From an uncultured Alphaproteobacteria bacterium (GTDB lineage: Bacteria > Pseudomonadota > Alphaproteobacteria > HIMB59 > GCA-002718135): a DNA stretch of 64,000 nt. The notes below the pieces were generated by a model, which was not told where the DNA came from, searched no databases, and saw only the letters and a program-made list of their open reading frames with translations. Made by a program: the position numbers and the translations under genes. Numbering within the stretch: position 1 is the first letter of the stretch; each line of letters starts with the position of its first letter. The stretch covers positions 18,161 through 82,160 of the forward strand of contig CACGNZ010000002.1 of the NCBI GenBank assembly GCA_902574475.1. The letters run 5' to 3'. Below, piece after piece: positions 54,848 through 64,000 of the stretch.

Positions 54848-56143
54848 TTATTCTTGAATTTCATTAAAGAGACTAACACCTTGTACAAGATCAAAGGCTC
54901 TACGAAGTTGATAATCAAGCTTTAACCTTTTTTCAAATTCACTTAATGCATTATCTTCATTACCTTCTAATTCTTCTTCGTTACTTTTATCAAGGGAATC
55001 TTTTAAATCCGACTCAGAAAATCTTTTATAATCAAAAGATTCAAATTCTCCTTGCTCAATAATTATATCTGGAACAATACCCTTACCCTGGATTGATTCA
55101 CCTGAGGGAGTATAATATCTAGCTGTCGTTAATCTTATGCCAGTGAGATTATCACTATTTGAAACTTGAAATGGAATTATTGTTTGTACTGATCCTTTAC
55201 CAAAAGATTGTGTGCCAATAATGATAGCTCTTTTATGATCTTGTAGCGCGCCTGCAACAATTTCAGATGCAGATGCAGAACCTCCATCAATGATTACAAC
55301 AAGTGGTTTACCATTAGTTCTATCAGACTTCTTTGCACGATATCTTTTAATATCTTTTTTATCCCTTCCTCTTGTTGAAACAATTTCTCCTCTTTCCAAG
55401 AATATATCCGTTACCTTAACTGCTTGAGTAAGAAGACCCCCTGGGTTAGAGCGTACATCTAAAACATAACCTTTTATTTGATTTTCTTTTTCAATTTTTT
55501 TTATTGCGTCAAGAAGGCCACTTTCTGTTTGTTCGTTAAAAGATGTTATTCTCAAATATCCAATATTGTTAAGAACTTCACTTTTTACTGATCTAATTTT
55601 TATATAATCTCTAATAATTTCAATCTCAAAGGGTTCAGTATTTGCTCTCGAAATAGTAATTACTATTGGCTCACCTTTATTACCTCTCATTAATTCAACA
55701 GCTTCATTTAGAGTTAGACCAAAAACAGGTGTTTCGTCTATTTGAATAATGTAATCACCTGCAAGAACTCCAGCTTCATATGCTGGCGTATCTTCTATCG
55801 GAGCAATGACTTTCACGAAACCTTCTTCCATGGTTATTTCAATACCTAATCCTCCAAATTTACCCTCTGTATCCATTTGCATTTCTTTAAATACTTCTTC
55901 ATTCATAAAACCAGAATGAGGATCTAAACCCGACAACATTCCATCAATTGCTTTTTCAATTAATTCTTGATCCGTAACCTCTTCTACATAGGATGATCTT
56001 ACCCTGTCAAATACCTGCCCAAATAGATCTAAATATTTATATTTTTCTTCATCTGAAGAAGATCCATATGTTTTAGGTGCAAGAAGTGTAATGAGCGTGA
56101 GCAGTAGTATTACTTTTAAAAATACATTTTTTGAAATTATCAT
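54848..56143 (-). CDS. ctpA: Carboxy-terminal processing protease (S41)
   Basis: 431 aa with a signal peptide, a PDZ region, and the GGSASASEI catalytic Ser block. Confidence 0.85.
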   Translation of the reverse strand: MIISKNVFLKVILLLTLITLLAPKTYGSSSDEEKYKYLDLFGQVFDRVRSSYVEEVTDQELIEKAIDGMLSGLDPHSGFMNEEVFKEMQMDTEGKFGGLGIEITMEEGFVKVIAPIEDTPAYEAGVLAGDYIIQIDETPVFGLTLNEAVELMRGNKGEPIVITISRANTEPFEIEIIRDYIKIRSVKSEVLNNIGYLRITSFNEQTESGLLDAIKKIEKENQIKGYVLDVRSNPGGLLTQAVKVTDIFLERGEIVSTRGRDKKDIKRYRAKKSDRTNGKPLVVIIDGGSASASEIVAGALQDHKRAIIIGTQSFGKGSVQTIIPFQVSNSDNLTGIRLTTARYYTPSGESIQGKGIVPDIIIEQGEFESFDYKRFSESDLKDSLDKSNEEELEGNEDNALSEFEKRLKLDYQLRRAFDLVQGVSLFNEIQE

Positions 56144-56148
56144 ATCTT

Positions 56149-56484
56149 TTAAGCTAGTTTAGTTTGTGAAGAATCAAAGCTTACTTCCCATAATTTTTCT
56201 AATGCGTATAATTCTCTAATTTCTTGTCGAAACAAATGAACAATGATCTCACCTGCATCAACAATTATCCAGTCACATTGAGGTCTTCCTTCAGGATTCG
56301 GACATTTTATCCCTGCTCTTTTTAATTTTTTTACCATTTCGTCTGCTGTAGCATCTGAATGTCTAGTTGATCTACAGGTAGCAATCACAAAGGCATCAGC
56401 AACGGATGATTTGTTTGATAAATCAATAACTTTTATATCTTCAGCTTTTGCGTCACTTAGTATTGATACAATATTTTCTGTCAA
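56149..56484 (-). CDS. rsfS: Ribosomal silencing factor RsfS (iojap-like)
   Basis: 111 aa with DAKAEDIKVIDL...ADAFVIATCRSTRH...ALEKLW. Confidence 0.8.
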   Translation of the reverse strand: MTENIVSILSDAKAEDIKVIDLSNKSSVADAFVIATCRSTRHSDATADEMVKKLKRAGIKCPNPEGRPQCDWIIVDAGEIIVHLFRQEIRELYALEKLWEVSFDSSQTKLA

Positions 56485-56497
56485 TGAAGTAATTTTA

Positions 56498-57076
56498 TTA
56501 ATATTTGCCTCTTAATTTATTTCTTTGATTTCTAATTTCAGATGATGAAATTTTAATTTCTTTATTTTGTATCAAAGTCCATGCAGGAATTTTTTTTGAA
56601 ACATGTTCTATGTCTTGAGCTATATATTTATGATGAATAAATTTTTTTGCTGCAACACTTTTCAAAGCATTTGTATTATATCCATGTCTTCTAAAAATAA
56701 CAATAGAGATAATATGAAAAATTGATTGCCATTTTTCCCATTCATGAAAATTAACTAAATTGTCTGCACCCATTAACCAAAAAAATTTAATATTTTTATA
56801 ATATTGAATAAGAAATTTAATTGTCTGATACGAATATTGAGATTTAATTTTTTTTTCTACTTCTAATATTTTTATAGGAAAATTTTTTGTAATTTGTTTA
56901 CAATTTTGTAATCTTTCTTCGTATGTTGCAGGTTTTGAAATCTTCAAAGGGTTCTGAGGTGTAACTAGCCACCAAATTTCATCCAGCTGTAATACTTTTT
57001 TAGCCTCATTTGAAATAAATAGATGCCCTCGATGTGGCGGATCAAAAGACCCTCCCAGAAGTCCAATCTTTTTCAA
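56498..57076 (-). CDS. nadD: Nicotinate-nucleotide adenylyltransferase
   Basis: 192 aa with GGSFDPPHRGH. Confidence 0.85.
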   Translation of the reverse strand: MKKIGLLGGSFDPPHRGHLFISNEAKKVLQLDEIWWLVTPQNPLKISKPATYEERLQNCKQITKNFPIKILEVEKKIKSQYSYQTIKFLIQYYKNIKFFWLMGADNLVNFHEWEKWQSIFHIISIVIFRRHGYNTNALKSVAAKKFIHHKYIAQDIEHVSKKIPAWTLIQNKEIKISSSEIRNQRNKLRGKY

Positions 57077-58326
57077 TTAAGGTCTTTCTTGACCATTACC
57101 ATTAACTACATATTTAAATGTTGTTAAATGTTTTGTTCCCACTGGTCCTCTTACATGTATTTTGTCTGTTGAGATTCCTATCTCAGCACCAAAACCAAAT
57201 TCACCACCATCTGCAAATTGCGTAGATGCATTTTTAAGTATTATTGCGCTGTCAATTTTATTATAAAATTTTTCAAAGGTTTTTTCACTTTCTGTAATTA
57301 TACTTTCTGTATGACCAGACGAATAATCATTTATATGCTTAACCGCTTCATCAACTCCTGAAACAATTTTTACTGATAAAATTTTATCTAAATATTCTAA
57401 TGACCAATCTTCTTCACTTGCAGTTTTAAAATCTCTATCTAAAGACTGAATATATTCATCACCTCGAATTTCACAATTTACTTCTTTTAGAGGTTTTAAT
57501 ATTTTCATTGCTTCGTCTTTAATTTTTTCATCAATTAAAAGTGTTTCTGCAGCACCACAAATTTCAGGACGCCTCATTTTACTATTAAAAACTACTTTTT
57601 CTGCAATATTTAAATCAGCATCTTGATCTACATATACATGACATATACCATCTAAATGTTTGATAACGGGTATCTTGCTTGCCGAATTAATTTTTTCAAT
57701 CAAACCTTTGCCACCTCTAGGAATAATTACGTCAACATAATCTCTCATACTAAGTAAATGATCAACCGCTTCTCTCTCAGGTGTATTAATCATTTGGACA
57801 CAATGTTCAGGGAGGCCAGCTTCCGAGAAAGCATATGTAATATTATTTACTAATTCCTTAGAGGAATGAAAGCTATCACTACCACCTCTTAAAATTATAC
57901 AATTGCCAGATTTTATGGAAAGACAAGACGCATCAACAGTGACGTTCGGTCTGGATTCATAAATCACGCCTAATACACCAAGTGGTGTTGAAATTTTACG
58001 AAACTGCAAACCATTAGGTCTTTCCCATTCTTCTAATGTAATGCCAATTGGATCTGGTATTTCAATTATATCTTCAATTGATGTAATCAATCCATCAATA
58101 GATTTTTCATTTAATGTAAGTCTATTTATTAAAGGCTTAGCTAAAGATTTTTTTTCACCATTTTCTAAATCTATTTTATTAGCTTCAAGAATTTTATTTC
58201 TATTTTTATCTAAATTTTTAGTGAGTTTTGTTAAAGCAAGATTTTTTTGATCGCTACTACAGACTTTCATACTTAGAGAGGCAGATTTTGCTCTTTTGCC
58301 TAATTCAATAATATTATTTTCAATAC

Positions 58327-58330
<4 letters not shown>
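57077..58330 (-). CDS. proA: Gamma-glutamyl phosphate reductase
   Basis: 417 aa with ILRGGS and a C-terminal TTFKYVV.G.GQ.RP pattern; follows proB. Confidence 0.9.
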
Positions 58331-60424
<2,094 letters not shown>

Positions 60425-60438
60425 TTAATTAATTAGGA

Positions 60439-60696
60439 TTATTGTTCTGTGGGAACAACTGATACAAAAGTTCTTACTCTTGTTTTTTTAAAAGCTACTT
60501 TTCCATTTATTGTAGCAAATATTGTGTGATCTTTACCTATGCCAACATTAACACCTGGATGAAACTTTGTACCTCGTTGCCTAATAATAATGTTTCCAGC
60601 TATTACGTTTTCACCGCCAAATTTCTTAACTCCAAGTCGTCGACCCGCCGAGTCTCTTCCATTCCTAGAACTACCACCTGCTTTTTTCGTTGCCAT
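60439..60696 (-). CDS. rpmA: 50S ribosomal protein L27
   Basis: 85 aa with [24 protein letters not shown]. Confidence 0.95.
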   Translation of the reverse strand: MATKKAGGSSRNGRDSAGRRLGVKKFGGENVIAGNIIIRQRGTKFHPGVNVGIGKDHTIFATINGKVAFKKTRVRTFVSVVPTEQ

Positions 60697-61217
60697 TATT
60701 TATCTTCTTTTTTAGTTTTAACAGTTTTTTTAACAGTTTTCTTTACTGATTTTTTCTTAGTAGGTGAAGCTTTATTTACTGCTTTTTTTGCAACTGTCTT
60801 CTTTTTTGCAACTTTTACATCTTTAGACTCACTTTTTTCTTTAGTAACTTTAGTTTCAGTTTTTTTAACTTTTTTTGTTTCAGGTTTAGCAGTGGACTTT
60901 TTTCCACCATAAGAAATTGATTCTATTCTTAATACAGTTATATACTGTCTATGACCTTGTGTTAGTCTGTAATTTTGTCTTTTTCTTTTTTTAAAAACTA
61001 TTATTTTTTTATCTCTGATTTGATCAAGAATTTTTGCTTCAATTGAAGCATCTTTTAGTAATGGCTCGCCTAAGCTATTTGTGCTTTGATCACTGATCGC
61101 TAATACGTCAGTAATAGACACTTTATCACCTTTGGATCCCTCAAGCTTTTCTACTTTAAGTATCTGACCAGCTCTTGCTGAGTATTGCTTTCCACCAGTT
61201 TTGAAAATTGCTAACAT
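60696..61217 (-). CDS. rplU: 50S ribosomal protein L21 with a ~70-aa Lys-rich C-terminal extension
   Basis: [12 protein letters not shown] core. 173 aa versus 103 aa in E. coli. Tail: [68 protein letters not shown]. Confidence 0.9.
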   Translation of the reverse strand: MLAIFKTGGKQYSARAGQILKVEKLEGSKGDKVSITDVLAISDQSTNSLGEPLLKDASIEAKILDQIRDKKIIVFKKRKRQNYRLTQGHRQYITVLRIESISYGGKKSTAKPETKKVKKTETKVTKEKSESKDVKVAKKKTVAKKAVNKASPTKKKSVKKTVKKTVKTKKEDK

Positions 61218-61296
61218 ATCTTTTGATGGCGGGGTTTATAGTGAACTATGCTAATAGTCAAATTAAAAATATGGCTTAAATACTGGAAATAAAAAC

Positions 61297-62049
61297 TTAA
61301 AAGCTATCCTTTGCTTTTCGCAAATAAGCAAACAATTCAAAGTCTGTAAAACCTAGCTCTTTCTTAATTATAGTACCTAATTTTGAATTTTGATTCAGGA
61401 ATAAGTTATATTGTTTTTCACTTTCTAATAAAAAAGGTACGGATTTTCCTTTATCATTTAAATCATCATTAATTTTGTTTCTAACTGTCAAATAAGCACT
61501 TTCTTTTTTGAGTGTTTTCTCAAGAAAATTTAAATTGCTTATTGTATATTCATGACCACAATAAATAATTGTATTTTTATCTAATTCATTAATTTTTTTT
61601 AAACTGTTATACATTTCATCTAATGTTCCTTCAAAAACACGACCACAACCAAGTCTGAACAGTGTATCACCACAAAATAAAACACCATTGTTTTCATCAT
61701 AGTAAATTATATGATCTAATGTATGCCCAGGTGTTTTTATTATTCTAAATGTATTTAAGCAGGAGTTGACTTCATCTCCATCACGTAAAACAAATCTTGT
61801 ATTTTCAATCTGAGCACTTGGAGAGTGTATATTAACTTCTGGAAAAGCATTAAGTATTCCTTTTACACCTGATGTGTGATCTTTATGATGATGTGTAATA
61901 AATATATCTTTTATAGTTAAATTGTTTTCAAGAGCAAAATTTAATATAGGATTACTATCTGCAGGATCTACAACACAGCTCTTAAGCGTGTCATTATATA
62001 AAACAAAAGAGTAGTTATCTTTTAATTGATTTATAATTTCAACTTTCAT
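61297..62049 (-). CDS. gloB: Hydroxyacylglutathione hydrolase (glyoxalase II)
   Basis: 250 aa with the THHHKDHTSG metallo-beta-lactamase motif. Confidence 0.8.
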   Translation of the reverse strand: MKVEIINQLKDNYSFVLYNDTLKSCVVDPADSNPILNFALENNLTIKDIFITHHHKDHTSGVKGILNAFPEVNIHSPSAQIENTRFVLRDGDEVNSCLNTFRIIKTPGHTLDHIIYYDENNGVLFCGDTLFRLGCGRVFEGTLDEMYNSLKKINELDKNTIIYCGHEYTISNLNFLEKTLKKESAYLTVRNKINDDLNDKGKSVPFLLESEKQYNLFLNQNSKLGTIIKKELGFTDFELFAYLRKAKDSF

Positions 62050-62056
62050 CTAATAA

Positions 62057-62740
62057 CTAATTTGCAATAACAGAATTTTTTGCAAAAACTTTTTTTAATG
62101 ATTTAATTTTTATTGGTTCAAAATTTTTATAACTTAATAAAAAGATAGCTTCGTGAGTGAAAAAATTAACTCCAGTAACTGATTCACTTATATCAAATTG
62201 CCTACCTTTTGATGTTAATCCAATACTTTTTTCAATCACAATATTCATTTCATTACACAAATTCAAAAAATCCTTAATTGTAAAAAAATGAATGTTAGGT
62301 GTGTCATACCATGTATAAGGTAAACTTTCTGTTACTGGCATTTTTCCAGATATTAAAAGCTGTAATCTTATTTTCCAATGTCCAAAGTTAGGAAAAGAAA
62401 CTATTGCTTTTGATCCTATTCTTAATAATTCAGACAGAATATCTTTGGGCTTCATCATTGCTTGTAAAGTTTGACTTAAAATTACATAATCAAAACTATT
62501 ATTTGAATATTGCGACAAATCCAATTCGGCATTTCCATGTACAACATTGAAACCTCTTGCGATAGCATTTGCAGCTAGATCTCTATTTAATTCAATGCCA
62601 TGAGTTATTGCATTACGATTATTTTCTAATTGTTCCATAAGACCGCCATCACCACATCCAATATCTAGGATTTTTCTATCTTCTGCGATAAGTGTTTCAA
62701 TAAGAGACCAATCTTTTCTTATGCTATTAATTTTATTCAT
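62057..62740 (-). CDS. metW: Methionine biosynthesis protein MetW
   Basis: 227 aa with a LDIGCGDGGL SAM-MTase-like fold; overlaps metX by 8 nt. Confidence 0.85.
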   Translation of the reverse strand: MNKINSIRKDWSLIETLIAEDRKILDIGCGDGGLMEQLENNRNAITHGIELNRDLAANAIARGFNVVHGNAELDLSQYSNNSFDYVILSQTLQAMMKPKDILSELLRIGSKAIVSFPNFGHWKIRLQLLISGKMPVTESLPYTWYDTPNIHFFTIKDFLNLCNEMNIVIEKSIGLTSKGRQFDISESVTGVNFFTHEAIFLLSYKNFEPIKIKSLKKVFAKNSVIAN

Positions 62741-63881
62741 CTATCTTTGCAAAGTTGTTTGTTAGGAAACCTTTTATTACATGATCTAACTGTGGTTCCT
62801 CTAATAAAAAACTATCATGTCCTTTATCAGTATCAATTTCTAGAAAGCTTACTTCTCTTGATAGAGAATTTAATTGATTTACAATCATTTTACTTTCTAT
62901 TGTAGGGAATAACCAATCCGAGGTAAATGAGACAATTAAATATTTTAAATGGTTATTTGGATTATGACTAAACTCAATATTTTTTCTAAATGTTTCATCA
63001 TGATCAAAATAATCCATAGCCCTTGTTAAATAAAGATATGAATTTGCATCAAATCTTTCAACAAATGATTTACCTTGATATCTCAGATAACTCTCAACTT
63101 GAAAATCCGCATCAAATCCAAAAGAAATAATATCTCTTGATTGAAGTTTTCTTCCAAATTTTCTATGCATCGCATTTTCGGATAAATATGTGATATGCGC
63201 AATCATTCTTGCTACTGATAGACCTCTTTCTGGCACTTCACTATTTTCAAAATACTTTCCATTTTTCCAAATAGGATCACTCATTATTGCCTGTCGCCCA
63301 ACTTCATGAAATGCAATATTTTGAGCCGAATGTTTTAAAGCGCCCGCAATATGTATTATATTTAAAATTCTATCTGGAAAATCGATTGCCCATTGAAGTG
63401 CTTGCATTGCTCCCATCGAACCACCAATGACAGAAAATAACTTCTCTATATTCAAACTTTCAATCAATAAAGATTGAGCCTTCACCATATCTTTTATTGT
63501 TACGGAAGGAAAATTACCACCATATGCAACATCAATTCCATTTTGTAACTCTTTAGGACCAGTTGAGCCAGCACAACCGCCGAGTACATTTGAGCAAATT
63601 ACAAAAAATTTATTTGTATCAATTGGTTTATTAGGCCCAACCATTCTAGACCACCAACCTTCTCTCCCAGTAATGGGATTATTCCCAGCAACATATTGAT
63701 CTCCAGTTAAAGCATGGCAAACAAGAATAGCATTAGTTTTATCAGTATTTAATTTTCCATATGTTTTGAATGCTAGTTTAAAACTCTCTATTATATCTCC
63801 TGATTCTAGTTTTAAATTAATATTCTCGAAATAGGCTATTTCGCTTTCAAGTCTTGTGTCATTAGTAAATTTTGTTTTCAT
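62733..63881 (-). CDS. metX: Homoserine O-acetyltransferase
   Basis: 382 aa with the GGSMGAMQALQW nucleophile elbow; followed by metW. Confidence 0.9.
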   Translation of the reverse strand: MKTKFTNDTRLESEIAYFENINLKLESGDIIESFKLAFKTYGKLNTDKTNAILVCHALTGDQYVAGNNPITGREGWWSRMVGPNKPIDTNKFFVICSNVLGGCAGSTGPKELQNGIDVAYGGNFPSVTIKDMVKAQSLLIESLNIEKLFSVIGGSMGAMQALQWAIDFPDRILNIIHIAGALKHSAQNIAFHEVGRQAIMSDPIWKNGKYFENSEVPERGLSVARMIAHITYLSENAMHRKFGRKLQSRDIISFGFDADFQVESYLRYQGKSFVERFDANSYLYLTRAMDYFDHDETFRKNIEFSHNPNNHLKYLIVSFTSDWLFPTIESKMIVNQLNSLSREVSFLEIDTDKGHDSFLLEEPQLDHVIKGFLTNNFAKIDE

Positions 63882-63924
63882 ATCTTTTTAGTCTAACACT
63901 ATTTGAAAGAATGAAGGAGGAGTG

Positions 63925-63980
63925 TAAACGCTTTAGCTGATTATTGCTCCACCCGCAAGCTGTCTCAAATCGGTGATAAT
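63925..63980 (-). promoter_or_regulatory. SAM-II / SAM-V-type riboswitch candidate in the metX leader
   Basis: Minus-strand RNA: AUCACCGAUUUGAGACAGCUUGCGGGUGGAGCAAUAAUCAGCUAAAGCGUUU. The stem CACC/GGUG encloses a loop carrying GAUUU and GCUUG. The 3' tail AAAGC can pair with GCUU in the loop, giving an H-type pseudoknot. The ~50-nt size, these blocks and the metX context match my recollection of the SAM-II clan. Confidence 0.55.
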
Positions 63981-64000
63981 CGGTCTTATATTTATATATC

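Noticed and set aside
61218-61245. Possible pairing of the rplU leader CCGCCA (just upstream of the start) with UGGUGG in codons 7-9, as an L21 autoregulatory structure.
   Set aside because: It is a single 6-bp helix with one G.U and a ~35-nt loop. There is no further support, and it cannot be distinguished from chance without comparative data.
63911-63940. A + strand mini-ORF ATGAAGGAGGAGTGTAAACGCTTTAGCTGA with an embedded GAAGGAGG.
   Set aside because: It has only nine codons and lies antisense to the metX leader or riboswitch. The GGAGG is the complement of the CCUCC tract in that leader.

Overview
This is a 64 kb, very AT-rich and extremely gene-dense window. It holds about 72 protein genes, most separated by 0-30 nt or overlapping by 1-14 nt. 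It also holds one tRNA and no rRNA. The content is alphaproteobacterial housekeeping: GcrA, CarD, RpoH, fdxA, and atpHAGDC without the F0 genes. There is a ffh-rpsP-rimM-trmD-rplS-leuCDB-asd run and a contiguous sdhCDAB-mdh-sucCDAB-lpdA block. The base composition, packing and gene order are what I would expect from a streamlined marine SAR11/Pelagibacterales-type genome. That placement is an inference, since no search was run, and all protein calls rest on motif recognition by eye in the supplied translations. I see no transposase, integrase, phage, CRISPR, toxin-antitoxin or recognisable defence genes, and I cannot support a novel multi-gene protein system here. The unusual signals are at the RNA and sequence level. 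(1) dxs is split by a 1-nt frameshift inside an A9 tract. (2) A 330-nt intergenic region, very long for this genome, lies upstream of sdhC and carries a ~140-nt GC-enriched island with nested helices, a candidate ncRNA or leader. (3) A GC-rich hairpin leader precedes ffh. (4) A SAM-II/SAM-V-like element precedes metX-metW at the window edge. (5) Perfect 57-bp tandem repeats build a long tail on ribosomal protein S16, and L19 and L21 carry long tails too. (6) A metallophosphoesterase homologue with degenerate catalytic motifs sits between carD and rpoH. (7) Two untracked small ORFs are tightly coupled to their neighbours. (8) A secreted HExxH protein has an unusual N-terminal Cys-containing domain.
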